A DNA stretch of 64,000 nt from Owenia fusiformis (Eukaryota), in NCBI GenBank assembly GCA_903813345.2, contig CAIIXF020000001.1:45136001-45200000 (forward strand), in the 5' to 3' direction. The position numbers and the translations under genes were made by a program. Below are positions 12,701 to 26,651 of this stretch, in pieces. Under the pieces are notes generated by a model. The model did no database searches. It saw only the letters and a program-made list of their open reading frames with translations, and had not been told where the DNA came from. How positions within the stretch are numbered: position 1 is the stretch's first letter; each line of letters begins with the position of its first letter.

Positions 12701-15700
12701 AGATAAAGTAGATAAGTACAACATAAAAAGAATCTAGCTCCTCTATCAATTGCAAAAATAAAGGAGCACGTGGGTTATCGCAAACAATTTCAGAAGGTTA
12801 TATCTTGGATTATGAGTATTTTCTGACAATGAAGACAAGTTTATCTTTTAGATCAATTCATTATCTCAAAGAAAATTATGCACAGTAATAATAAATTCAA
12901 ACAAACTCGGAGATATTTAACTAGCAATTAACCCATCAACACACTTTTTGACCCCATTTTGAAGATGTTGACCCCATTTTCACCAAAAATGCAATCATTT
13001 TTTACAATGTTTAATGCATTACTATTCTTTATTTTGATGTATCAAATAGTTCTTGAAAGAAAAACTTAATTGCATTAAGATAAGTGTTCCCCATGTTATT
13101 TCTCCATTGAAAAATCTCATGCTATCCATTGGTTTCAGTTCATTTTGGTCATCCAAACTGAATATCTTTAAAGTCCCTGGAGCAATCAAATTTTCCTTTT
13201 AGGAAATCGAACATGTCCCAAAGCACATTCTTATTATGCATTCAACAATATAATAATAGGTTGCATTTTTGGTGAAAATTAGGTCAACATTTTTGAAAAA
13301 GTATGTTGATTGGTCCATTGCCCCTTCAATATCACTTAGGTCTGATTAACTAAATTATCATTATATATACTTTTCTTGAAGATAACGAATGGATCTAAAA
13401 GATACACCCATGTTCATGATCAAAAAATATTCATAATTCAAGTTAGAATACTTTGAAATTGTTTGCGATAACCTACGTGCTCCTTTATGAAAATTCCTTT
13501 TCATATCCGCAACATCGCAATACATAAAACTACAAAAACATCTACATATATATGTATATGGGCATTGGGTATGTTATAGCTAATAAAGTCTGGGTTCGGG
13601 TAAGAGTCCAAATGCAAAACAGGCACAAAAATACTTACGAACAATGCACTCGTGTTCATGGTTGTACCTATACCCAATTTTACAAACACATGATGCATTG
13701 AAACATCTACTGCCTTCTATCTCAGTAATACAATCCTTGTCACATTTACAAGTTGAACCAAGAGAATTTCTAATACACGTCTCAAGATCGACACCTGGTT
13801 GATGTCCATGTTGACACCTACATCGACCATCCTGGCATCGACTGTTGGGTATGACTATGGCACAGTCGATATCCTTTTCACATGTGTCATATAACTTTCT
13901 CTTTGTACATGATTGAATGGAAGGACCTTGTTGGTAATATCCATCGGAACAGCTGCATTTGAAATATATACAAGAGGTATCCGGAATTGAGCAATCATTG
14001 TTGTCTTGGCATACATCACCAAGTTCTCTGAGGATGCACCGTCGGTTGTTGTCGACCACCTTAAACCCGAGTCCACAGAAGCATCTATTATTGTGGCACA
14101 TACTGTATCGCACAGCAGTACTGCAATCGGAGTCTCTGGAGCAATAGTTCTTTATTCTGTTCAGTACACACTCGGAGCTTTTTTCTTTTAACACGCTATG
14201 ATATCCCACTTTGCATTCACATTTTCCTTTAGAGCACTGGCTGTTCGGAGTAGCTTTCCTACAGTCCCTACTCTTGACGCAGGTATCGCCGATTAATATT
14301 GGCCGACAACTACTTCGTCCAATTTCTGTTTCCATGAATCCAGCGAGGCATTGACACGTGTTGTTGAAACATGCACTATTTGATAGGGAATGTCTACAGT
14401 TTGAGTGGTTTGTACATGGGTCACCAAGGGATAATTTCACACACTGGGAATGGTTGAGGGGTTTGTATTCAGGAAGACATTTACAGGTTGCTTCCATGCA
14501 GGCGCTGAAGGGTATAAATGCACTACATTCAACAGAAACGGAACATTCTGTATCAAGAGTCCCTATAAGCAGAAAGGGAAGATGCATTCAGGTAACGTAT
14601 AATAAGGAAAGACGTGTTAGTACATCGAAACTGAAATACACCAGATACTAAAGTACATCAGCCTGATAAGATTCAATGCAAGTGAGAACTATTTATTTTT
14701 CAAAATAATATTGACTTTACAAAAAAATGTATTCTATCAACTAGGCTACAACGTTTTGATAGTTTACTCTCCAATCACATGATAAGTGTACTTTCTTTGG
14801 TGGGTTCATTTGATGGTTTGAAATTGATATATTCAAGTTTTGAACTTAGGTTATAGAAAAATAAACATTATCTCAAGTAAATGAATGTTAGTTAACTCAG
14901 AATATTATGAAGCAAAGTGTTTACCTTGATAGCATCTAAGACATGTAACATTTCCCTCTAATAACATCACTTTAGCTGAGCATGACTTTAAACAAATCTT
15001 ATATTTCTTTTCAAGTGTTAATAATCTTCTCTTCATGGGATTTGTTCATCGTAAAATAGAATTGCATGTTATACTTACGTTTAATGCATGTATTGTTCAT
15101 CTGAAAATATCCCAGATCACAACGGCATTGGTTTTGGTAACATGAGCTATATGCCACTGAATCGGAACAATCACTGTCAAAGGTGCATATTTCGCCAAGG
15201 TTTCGCTTTGTACACATTGTATTGCTGTTTCTTGCGGCATAGCCCGACTGGCATTGGCAATGTTTGGCTTTACATATGCTGTTGTCCATGCTGTCTGAAC
15301 AATCAAAAGAGCGCTGACAAGAATCCCCAACGATTCGTTTAACGCATGTGTCCTTTTCAGCAGTTGGTCTAAAGCCAGACTGACACAGACATGTGTCAAT
15401 GCTACATGTACTATTTCCCACTGCTTCTTGACAATCTTCATCTTTTTGGCAGGTGTTATCTCCTATTTTCCGAAGTGCACAATATGATGAATTAATACTT
15501 GCGAAACCTATTTTGCAACTACACGTATTACTACCATCGCAGACACTATTTGATATAGCTGCGACACAATCTAAAGTATTCAAACAATAGTTTCCCAATA
15601 CTATCTTTGTACAAGCAGTGTCTCCATCTATAGGTACGTATCCTACCCTGCATATACACCTATTTCTAGCACAGACACTATAGTCTATCACCTCATCACA

Positions 15701-18700
15701 ATCTGGTGATAAATCACAAGTGTCTAATAGGACTCTTCTTTGACACGTCGTGCCGTTCTCTTTTGTAAGGTACCCTAAGTTGCATACACATTTATTGCTC
15801 TCACAAAAGCTATTATTTACAGCGTAATAGCAATCGGAATCATATTCACAGGTGTCATCCCCTATCTTCCTTTGTGTACAAGTATCATTGTCCTGGCTAA
15901 CCTGGAAACCAGGAACACAGGCACAAACGCTGTTTCTGCATAGACTGTTGCCAACGGCACTTGAACAATCTGCATCACCAGAGCAGTCCAAATCTCCAAT
16001 GCGTCTTTTTCTGCACCTTGTGCCATTGTCTGTCTTAGAGTATCCTATATCACAGACACATATCCCAAACCTACAAAGACTATTGTTAACAGCATCAGAG
16101 CAGTCTGAATCTATTACACAATTGTTATCGCCTATTACACGTAATGCACAAATGGTGTTGTCGGGCGTGGCATAGCGTCCAGAGTTACAAACACATGTTA
16201 TATTATCACAGTGACTATACATCACAGCATCCTCACAGTCGGCATCAATGAAGCATGTCTCATCACCAATTTTACCTGCAATTGTGAAACATATACCAGG
16301 AATTATTAAAGCGTTTGTAATGAAGAAGAGAATCGGGTTTTAGTAGAGATATGACAGTACATGGACCGAAAGGAAATACTACTGAGACTTTTTTTGAAAT
16401 AAAAAACGGTGAGAAAATGGAACGAGTGCAATCTGTCATGTGAAAACATAATGTTCAGCAAAATTCCGAACAATCGATGAACAATCTAAATTACAATTAA
16501 TATTTAACTCCACTTTACCATTCTAGAACCATAAGACGTCATTACAATACATGTTGAAGAATAAAAAATTAGAATAAAATCATATGTATACTTGCAAATG
16601 GCAAAACCAATTTGAAACTCTATCTTGCAAACAACCTAAACTATACTCACGCCTATTGCAAGATTTGCGGTCATCCCCAACTAGATACCCCGATTCACAG
16701 TTGCATGCATTTTCTATGCATGCGGTATTGGCGACAGATTTGCTGCAATCTTCGTGCGTCACACAATCCTCAAACACCTTTCCTATAAGACAAGTTAGGC
16801 ATTTGTCAATGATGTCACAATTTGTTATAATATTCAGAGTTAACTAGAATATCTGGAACAACAGTGAGACTATAGATTTGTAAGCTCAACACAGTCACTT
16901 TCATGTTCATGAAGTGTTGTCTGAAAATCAACAAAACAATATATTAGTGCTGAACACAAACATTTAGAACACGTCACACTTGCATCCGAGGGTTTTGACA
17001 ATGTGAATACATGTCATACAAAACATGATGACAGGGTAGGTTGACACCAAATTCCAAACATAGTCTCTACAACACTGTAAATCCCAAAAAAGCATCAATT
17101 AGGGAAGGTGGCGATCACATTAGGTATCAACAAACATGTAATGTGCCATCTTCGAGCAATGTGGTGACATCAAGAGGACTACGTACTGTGGTCATGCGTC
17201 ATCGCACTTACTACGTCTCTCGCATGTGTATTCCTCCTCTTCCCAGCCATATCCTTCATCGCAGAGACATATCCCTACGTCACAGTTACTCCTGGCGAAC
17301 GCATCTAAACATTCCCTGTCATTCTTGCATTCATCATAGATTCTCCCTGGGTAAAAAAGTTCTTAATCATGCACATTATCAAATCAACGGATAATGCAAT
17401 AAATAAATGTCAGCTAAGGGTGAAAGGAATAGTTTATTTTATAATTGAAAGATACTAATTATATGTTCAACATTCACTTGCAGATGGTTAAAAGGATTAT
17501 CGTGGGTTGTGATAAAAACCTCTTCGCTCCGTAAAGATGAAAGATCCAATCCCTTACATCATTACACTCCTATACATCATAGCACTTACTTCTCATACAT
17601 ATGGTTCCCAGATCGTTGCTGTAATAACCTTTCTTGCACCTACATACACCTTCAATACACTCGGAGCCGGGTACATACCGGTCGCACGGACAGCAGTTTT
17701 TGTCTGCCGACACCTTACTACAGTCGGTCCCAATCACCTTCGCTATAACAAGAATGAACGGGCAATCCATCAAAGAGATAAGCTATGGATAAACGGATTT
17801 AGAAAAAGTCGTCGAAAGTATACCTATGGCATTTTGTAATAGCTTTATCAAAAACGGAAATACGGTTTCATCAACTATAATGTATTGACGATTTTTGTGA
17901 TTTATTTAGTGAAAGTTGATCCGTGACAGGTTACAATGCTGTAAGTTTTTGGGGGTTTGCATGCTGTGTGTAAACATGCGTGGTACCTTCATCAGAGCTA
18001 TCAGCACAGTCGGGACCACCGTCTAAATACCAAGCTTCTGATATACATTTAGTCTCAGGGGGATTTCCTTCAGGGTTGGTGCAAGTAAAAGCGGGAGTTT
18101 TGCAGGGTTTGGGAACTGCAAGCAAAGGTTACAATAACAGGGGTATTAACATTAAGCAACAACGTAACGTAACGTACATTTCAAACTAACAGTGTTAGAT
18201 GAAACTGGTTAAGTTGGTAATTTTAGTATCGGTGCTGGTTTTAGTTTATGTGTATAGGGGTCTCTAGATCATGCGAACAACCACCTTCGTCGCTTCCATC
18301 TCCACAATCGTCGTCGCCGTCAAGTCGGTAGAATCCTGGTATACATTTCCCATTGCTACACGAGAAACCACCTGCTTTACACATCTCAAGCACTACAAAT
18401 AAACATCACCATTGCATATCTTTCATCTACTGGATGTCACGTTTTTTAAATTGCGAAAAACGTTTAGTTTATTTTACTTCAAAGTGTTGATCTCCTCTTG
18501 CCACGGTTCTCTCACAACTGAAAATGTTTGGAAGACACGTGTCTCGGAACAAAACAGAGAATGTAAACATTTCAAATGTCGTTCTTGCCTGTAATATGTT
18601 AACAGATACACATTACCAACATACAAGTAAATCAAGGCAATTTTCACAGTAAAGTAACCCTTTTTTCTCAGCTGACAAAACATGATGGAATGAAAATCAG

Positions 18701-20120
18701 TGTGTGTGAATATTACGATAGCCTGCTTTTAAAATAGGTGCAACATGTTTTTACAACATGGCCAGAGAGTGATAATTGGTGCTCATGGACATAGCTCGAT
18801 TACTTATAGCCTGCTACTGAATGCTGTTTATGATAGTAATCAAAACCTCAGAAAATCCAGAAATATGTCCTGTTGAAGAACCATAATATTTAATAGTTGG
18901 AACCTACTGGCATTGTTCTTCTGATTCCTGTTTTTAAAGCAAATCACTTTGAGTCTTTTGAAATAATGGGGGATTTCAACAAGGCGTGATATTAAAGAAT
19001 TGTATTTTGAATAGAAATCTCTACATAGTATACATGATAATTTTTATTTTCACTGCACATAAAATATATCATTAAGATCTTTACAATCTCAGAAAATATA
19101 GATTGTCAAATGTTGTAATCATCAGATTAGATAATAAACTATATCTTTAATTTTATGAGCTTCCGACTGATTCTCATCACATTTATCTTTTCTTATCTTC
19201 GACCTTCCTGCTGGTAATCATCACATTTTCCTGATGGTGAAAATCCAAAACAATTTTTACATTAAAGATAGTAAAGATAGTAAATTAGGCCAAATCTACT
19301 TTTTTGTTGTTTAAACAACTAAATGATATCCAATAATTGTTAAAATTGTTTTACCCTTGGAAAGTGAGAAACTGTTCAAAAACATATTATAATAGATAGA
19401 AAATATGTCAGTTAAGATTAAAATAGAGCCTTGCTTACACCCCCAATACCTCGTTATAAAGTGTGAAGTTACCTATAAAGTGAGTATATATATTTTAGTG
19501 AAATTTAGTAAATTTGATTTTTGTCAGAAGTTTTCCTCGTAAATTGAAAACAGGGTTTCTGCAACAGGACATAAAACCTTAGGTCTTTGGCATTTTTTGT
19601 ATCTACTGTAAAGAAAAACAAGTCTAAAAAACCATAGAACCTAGAGATTCTCAATGTGTGGATGCCAGTATGCACTTAAGGTGTGGCATTTAGTCGCAAA
19701 TATATTTAAAAGTATATACAAAACTGAGTGTTGGTCATCATTGGAATGGTGATGTGGATGATCATTCTGTGTCCTAGGGCATCATGTGGTACATTGCCTG
19801 CGTCAATTCACATTAACATTTATGCTACACTCCCATACTTAAGTCTGGATGGAAACCCTGGCAGCCCATACTCATTGAATATTTTGAAGTTTTTGTCCCA
19901 ACTATGCAGGTTAACAATCATGATAAAGGTGGATTTTTAACGAGTGGCATGTTCTCCTAAGATATTTTGTATAATTCTATTCTAGTAGTTTGCACGATGA
20001 AGAGCCTACCTTCGTCCGAGTTGTCATGACAATCATTGACAGTGTTGTTGAACTTGGACAATTCGATACACCGGCCATTAGCACACGTGAACTCCCTTTG
20101 ATCGTCGCAGCTTTTGCCAA
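6712..20120 (-). CDS. Multi-exon type-I membrane protein: 3x LDLa-like, ~22x EB-like 6-Cys modules, EGF, SEA-like, cbEGF, TM, cytoplasmic tail (5' end incomplete)
   Basis: Phase-consistent GT-AG exons: 20120-20010, 18392-18285, 18115-17987 (LDLa, DCxDxSDE); 17742-17590, 17346-17212, 16782-16651, 16275-15079, 14562-13639, 12646-12515, 12380-12249, 11665-11531 (CxxxxDC...C....CxCxxG modules); 11283-11125 (Pro-rich linker + EGF); 10997-10855, 10699-10527, 8769-8699 (SEA-like); 8047-7901 (DVNECA...[12 protein letters not shown]); 7791-7711; 7563-7482 ([21 protein letters not shown]); 7236-7100; 6989-6712 (stop). Total 4559 nt, ~1520 aa. Confidence 0.9.
8842..8937. repeat. ~95-bp intronic hairpin
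   Basis: TGGCCAGATCGTTTTGTAGTAGG...AAGAATAATT / AATTATTCTT...CCTACTGCAAAAGAATCTGGCCA forms an imperfect palindrome. Confidence 0.75.
11395..11472 (-). mobile_element. Possible tRNA-derived SINE head remnant in an intron
   Basis: The minus strand reads AAAGGTCGTGGGTTCGAGTC (Pol III B-box / T-loop-like). No complete cloverleaf was seen. Confidence 0.35.
11699..12162. mobile_element. MITE with TTAA TSD (Kolobok-like)
   Basis: TTAA|AGTCCCACTGTGC...GCAAAGTGGGCCT|TTAA; TIRs match at 11/13 positions. Confidence 0.7.
12762..13484. mobile_element. Foldback MITE with AGG termini (Kolobok-like), intronic
   Basis: AGGAGCACGTGGGTTATCGCAAACAATTTC...GAAATTGTTTGCGATAACCTACGTGCTCCT. Inner inverted blocks include TTTTCACCAAAAATGCAA / TTGCATTTTTGGTGAAAA. 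Flanks ATAA / TTAT are degenerate TTAA. Confidence 0.8.
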
Positions 20121-21805
20121 CTGGAAATACAGAATCGTTCATCTGATAGCCTACTAGTATATTGAAATATTGATATTTGGCTAAACACTGGGCGTGGAGT
20201 AAAATGTCACAACGCGAATGTCAGACTGACAATGTCTGCGCTCAGTAATTTGCAGAGTTTCTATTTTTGTTAAAAATATGGGCGTGGTTGCTAAAATAAA
20301 ATGTCTATATTTATGCCAAGTGCCAAATATAAGTGGTTCTAATTGCTCATACAAATTGGTTTTCAAGCGCTCTTGACTTCAGCACATGTGAGACGTTTTC
20401 ACATACGTTTGTTTGACATTAAATGATAAACAAAACATAACATGTATTTTAATTATTTGTTACATATCTGCCTCATTTCCCTATAATGGCATGCCGTTTG
20501 TGGTATTATGTTGAGTGACACCTAACAAATACACGATAACATGAGCAATAAATAGACAAGAAGATGTTCCTACAAAGATATGTAGATGCCTTTAATGATA
20601 GCAACCTCTAGAAGCCTCCATCTGATAGCAAACATAGTGATGAACATTCGGTACGTTTTCATTGGAGTCGTGGCGAACTTTACTTCATTAAGCTCTATTA
20701 TTGGATCATGAGATGCTACACTCCTGTGATTAAGCTGACATAGAACCAGTTAAGCAATCGTCTTACGATATCAGTTGTCTTTTATTATACGATTACTAGA
20801 TTTCTGAAGTCAAAATATATCCAGATCAAATTCTCCTCATAGAGTATTAAATCAGTTGGCAATGATCTATTTTGAGAGAGGCGCTATGCTCCATAAAGAT
20901 AACCTACACTACAATTTCTCTACCTTTAATGCTGGTATTCATTATCAATTTACTATTCTCTAGATGAGTAGGAAACCGATCATCGGATGTTTTAGATCCA
21001 TAGGCCGTTTCAAATAAAATACATAAAGATTACAGGTAATATCATATGATAGAGCAACCATATGATATCAGGGAAGAATTTGCCTTCTTAACATTGTATA
21101 TTCCTTACGCTGTAAGAGATCACCCTGGGATTCTGTGATAGCACCTCATATATTTTAAGGTCGCAAATAAGAAACTAATAACAAAATAAATGTTTTAGAG
21201 TTGGATGATCATTATACAGCTATCGCTCTTCAAAGTAAAGGCGAAATCTGACCTCAGATAAATTAGAGCTATATATTCTGCCTAGTGTTATGGCGAATTT
21301 TATCTTTATCTTATATGTAAAGTAATTGCAATTGTATTTAATTATCTTGGGTAAACGTATATTACCTACAAAAATAAAGTACAAGACAATATACAATTAT
21401 ACTACAGCAGAACATTTGTAATTAGATATAGAATACATACGATAGTTAATTATTTGTAAACGATTTTTGAAGAGATCAAGTAATTATGTTGTGATGACCA
21501 TCCCTTAAACCTTAGTTTCTATATTTCGTCTAGGGGGAGAACATTTTCATAAGTTTACAATAATAAGTGTATACAATTAAAGTATATTACATTTACAGAA
21601 ATTGTAATAAAATTCTTAATATATATTTTAGAACTATGATGATAAACTTAAACCAAAAATGTGTGTGACATTAAATTAAATAGTAAACTATGGGCGGGGC
21701 TGCATTATATTGTTTTTATTGAATTTACCGCATCTTTAAGAAGACAATGTCAGTCGTCATCAGAAAATCGTTTCATATATTAAAGGTTGAGCGCATTAAT
21801 CTTAC

Positions 21806-21884
21806 CTAAGTTCACCAACAGAGCTACGGAGTTAATGAATGTTGATGTCAATTGCGACCCTCTAAGAGTGATGTTTGGATACAT
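21806..21884 (-). CDS. Candidate upstream/first coding exon of the LDLa-EB-SEA gene
   Basis: ATG-initiated MYPNITLRGSQLTSTFINSVALLVNL ends in a phase-1 G|GTAAG donor, compatible with exon 20120. It is only weakly signal-peptide-like. Confidence 0.3.
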
Positions 21885-23305
21885 GATGCTCCTACCATCA
21901 CATTATCACAAGTGTTAGCTATTTAGATATACAACAGTAGCAATTATTGTTGCCATAAAATAGTTTAAGGAAATAAAACAAAATTCCTTGTTCCGGTATT
22001 TCTGAAAAAATGTTCTATAGATTTTAATGCGTTAACACCATGCTCCTCTCCAAAAATATCCACTCTAAGTCCATATATTTGTGAGCTATATCTTCAATTA
22101 ATCGTTCTTGATAAATTTTGCTCTGTACATTATCTGTCTTCTACTAAATACGCCTCCCTATACATTGCCCCAGGTGTAGGAATGCAAGAAACGGCATATC
22201 AGTTCTCGTTCGATTTATTAACGAATCGCGATGTTCCTAAACTTGGAACTTGTAAAACAATTCACAAGAATTCAGGCCATAACGATTCCATGGAAAACAA
22301 TATTTTGCCAAGTTCGCTACGTAGTTAGCCGATTTATTTTGTGTTTTTCACACTTTTTTGGGGGGGGAGGAGGCGGGTGGTTTCCACTGATTATGGAAAA
22401 GCGTTCTTAAAGGGAAACGATTTAATAGGGATGTGTACTGTCTACTTAAATGCTGAAAATAAACGTTCGCAGATCATAGGTGCTTTATTATCGTATATGT
22501 AAATCTCGAGTTTGTTTATATAAAAGTGTGGTGAGATGAGAGGTATTGATCAGATGTTGGCAGCAATTATACATTGATTTACATCTCACCCCAGTACATA
22601 CAGGTTATGATCAATCCCTAGTGCATCAGGCCGTTATATAATGTATAAACCATGAGTATTGGCTATTAAGTGAATAAATGGCCGAGGCCCATATGCGTGG
22701 GAACATTATTTCTCCTTAGAGTCGATACCATGGAAGATTGGCTCCGAGTGTTCCAACTCGACATTCTGATTTATATGGGGTCATGTCGTGATTTCAAAAT
22801 TCAAAATCAAAAAGCCACCGTGAATGGAGTTTTGGTCTTATTTCCAAACAAAAAAAACAAAACACAAGAAATGATCAAGGTATATCAGTTCAAATCTTTT
22901 GAATCGTTGATTATGAATTATAGTTAGTTATAGTCTCAGAAAAGTTTTAACGACATTTTTAATGTTTATATAGATCAAGGTCGAATATCGAGTCAATCCT
23001 CCTTGAGCCAGTACGATATATGACTTATATTACTTAAAACCCACACTGACTCTTATGAAAGGTAAATGGTCTTTGATCCATTTAAGCTTAAACTGTATTA
23101 TTCAACTCTGAAGTTTGATATATTTTGTATTAGCAATTCAACTCTTTTGTGCCACACTTGTTTTCAAGACCTTTCCAAGTGATATGTCATGTTATGTACA
23201 TTCTTTAAAATAAACTACTGTGCAGTTCATTCTATTGTATTGCTACATAAGTGGGGTTTAATTGAATCTAAATGTACAACGAGCTGTTATCCAATCACAC
23301 TATAC

Positions 23306-23545
23306 ACTGGCGGATTTTGGGGGCGCCCCCTCCCCTTGGGTGGGCCTAGAAAAAATTGGCTCCAAAAAATTTGGACCAAAAAAGGCCTCAAGGTCCCTAA
23401 AAGTGGGCATTTTTTATCATTACTGGGCCTTATTTTTAATTTTAGGCGAAATTTTGATGAAAATGGGCATCAATTTTTCAGAATTTGGGCCCACTTTTGG
23501 ATTTAGGGGCCCAAAAATCGTTATTATTTTCATCAGATCTGTCTA
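23306..23545. mobile_element. Degenerate MITE of the CTGGCGGAT...GATCCGCC family
   Basis: Starts CACTGGCGGAT. The GGGCC-rich interior aligns with 25932-26212. Confidence 0.55.
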
Positions 23546-25931
23546 CGCTCTGTGTACAAAGGCCGGACCAATACAATCAGACCACTGATATCATCGAATA
23601 GTGTTTTACTCACATACCAGCAGGAAATTGAATCGGTATATGCTTTTCTATTTAGGAACTGATCATTACGTTTCTTTACCTACATGCATTAACCCATAAA
23701 ACATTCTAGCTATGACCAGTGCTCACCAGAGATCATCATAGATAAAGCAGGTTAAGTGCCTCAAAATCGAGACAATTTGTCATGTACTTGAGTCCATCAA
23801 CTAATGTTTTTGGAATGAATACAGATTTCCTGCCTTTGCTATACTATTGTATGATGGACCTATCACGTATTCAAGAGAACGGAGACTAAATCCTAGTTTA
23901 ATGGTTCTAATTTTCATTATATAATGGCAAACAATCTATCTTTCTAAGTGAACTCAAAACAGCCATGATCTTGTTTAGTGTTTCAAGTCGTGTTTATGCA
24001 TTTTCCTCTTAACCATTGCACCTTTTAATGCAAAAGCTATATAACAGGAAAGCTTGTCAAGTGGTGTCTTACACTTATCGAAACGCCTAACATCAGTGGT
24101 TTACCAACTATTCTTTTTTCACCGATTGTTGATCTTGAGCATTTATATCGTCTTTATTGCCCATCAAAGCAATTGCGCTAATTCCCCTCTTATTTATTAC
24201 GGCTATATGATCATTTTTCGCAATAACGTTTACAAGTGGAGCGTTGTAAATAAGGAATATGAGGGTGTTTCGCTTTGGATGGGTACTCTGTAATGATTTC
24301 AAGTGGATCACAATTAAGGTTTGTCGATCGCTATGAAGGAAGAACCACCTACTTTGTAATGAATGAGGAATCTTAATCAAGTATATTTTTGCACTTTTTA
24401 CCCAAGTGCATCATCATCATACTCCTAGTACATTTTCAAAATCGCAATTGTTTGTCAGAACCAAATGGAAAACGCATCAAATCAAACGTGTTTATTTTGA
24501 TAGTTCCTGATTGTTTTTCAAAAGCCAATTAGCATATTTCGTGGAGTATAAAAACAGATATGGATAATCGGCAACACATGAACGTTATCACGGTGACATA
24601 GCGTTAATCAATGGAATGAACAAATATCCTGTTGTTACCGCTTGTTGTCATGGAAAACGATGTAAATTCATCTGGTCGAAAAAGGTTCCAATCACAAAAA
24701 CATGGCCGTTTCACATCTTGCGTAGGAAATCATATACCCGATACACGTGTAGTTAGTTAGAGGTGGTTTACCATTACATTCCGTTAATCTAATCAAGTAC
24801 AGGTAAAAAGAGATACTTCAGTCGTTCTTTAAATATCTGCATCCAGACAATTAGACCAGTTTCCTTACATCATACATCATGCATACTGATACTTACTATC
24901 ATTAGAAGCAAAATTCAAAATTTGTTCCGTGCATACACAATACATGTACATAATTAATCAAAGAGCCGTGGCAACATTTTTGATGTCTTAAACATATATT
25001 ATATAATTTTATTATGTATCGATACATATTGTAATTCTCTAATATTTTGAACCATCAAGGTAATGGCTGAAGAAATTCACTGGTTAAACAGTTTTGTCCT
25101 CTAAATAAGAATCGTGGTTCTAAATTGTTTTCTTTTCACAATTGGCCGTGGGAAACATAGTCAATGGTTCAGGGTTATCAGAGTGGGTTCTGCCTGTTTA
25201 GGAAAGGCTCATACTTTATGTTTCAAGGTCTGTATTTGCATTTAATGTTAAATATACTTATCCCAGTTAAAACTTCTCTGGAATTGACAAAGTTCTGTTT
25301 AAACAAAAAAATGTAGTTACCGTTTGTCCATTTGAACATCTGATCATCATAGGATTTGTAATGTCTTTCTCTCTCGAAAAAAAAGTTTTTAAGAATTTGT
25401 TACACGCAAAAATAAAGTGTAAAAACGGCAAAATTTGAAATGGCAATTTTGTAAAAACTGGATAACATGCTAAATATGGGTTGACTTCCTTTTAGTCATA
25501 GGATAGGCGTAGGCTTGATTGATCAATTGGTTGTCATTTCTTAGAAAGGGTAGGTCTAGTGAATAGTGATGTTTTGATGTTGTATGCAAGGAATTCGCAT
25601 TTTCCACACCATCTTGTGCCTAAACTGCACTAAATCATTCTAAAGCATAATTCATTGATTCTGTGATGCTTCCCAGACCACTGGAATTGAGATAAATTTA
25701 GGTAAGGCATGCTACAAATACATCAAAAGCCCCCATTTATATTTCAAACTAGCTCAAACTTATCTTTCAATATTATCTTAGATGAATATTAGAATTATCC
25801 CAAAATATATACCATTGGTCAAGGGATAACCCTTGTAATTATCTAATATCTATTCAACGCGAACGTAGAATTCAGTGGCGGGCAGGTGTATTATATCTCG
25901 CTGCTATCTTAGAACGTATAGCTACTGTATG

Positions 25932-26212
25932 ACTGGCGGATCTCTCCCCCCCTTGGATGGGCCCAGAAAATTATTTTTGCTCAGAAAATTTGTTGGCCCA
26001 AATACTTTTAAGGGGCCCGATTAATGGGTCTTTTTGGTATAAATGGGCTTTTTAAGGCCTTTCTTTTTTAATTTCAGGCCAAATTACCAAGAAAATGGGC
26101 CGGAATTTCAAAATTTGGACCCACTTTTTAGGGCCAGAGTTTTTTTCGCGCAAGCGTATTTTTCATACTTCAAATATGGGCCCCTTGTTGGTTCCTGCTG
26201 GATCCGCCCCTG
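25932..26212. mobile_element. MITE of the CTGGCGGATC...GATCCGCCCCTG family
   Basis: Inverted termini ACTGGCGGATC / GATCCGCCCCTG. Internal similarity to 23306-23545. Confidence 0.6.
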
Positions 26213-26651
26213 TGTTCTCGTGCTCGATATTTGAAGATCTTTATTTTCATATCTTATATATCACAAACACGTCTTAGAATGGGCTAAACAACGCAAATGC
26301 CTTAACGTAACGTAACAGGCGTTTGAGATGACAAAGCAGAGCAGGATTAATTGTGTTTGTAATATAAAACGGGATTGACATTTGGAAAAGGTATTAGGAA
26401 CTTAAAGATTCTGTTTCTGCCTGCAAAGTCACTTTTTTGACAGCCTACAAATGAAAGACATAAAAAATATTTTTCACTTATCACATTTCATGTACATATT
26501 TTGAAAAACAATAGAACAAATAGAATAGACTATTGAAATTAACAAATTAAGTTAAAATACAAGACACTCGTCATAGACTATCCATTAGATCAGAGAACAT
26601 ATGCATTCCTATTTAAAGACGAAAAAGATACGATGATTAGGAATGGATTTG

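Noticed and set aside
13580..16225. ORFs of 335 and 404 aa as stand-alone genes
   Set aside because: They are internal exons with clear splice sites, and their termini are intron read-through.
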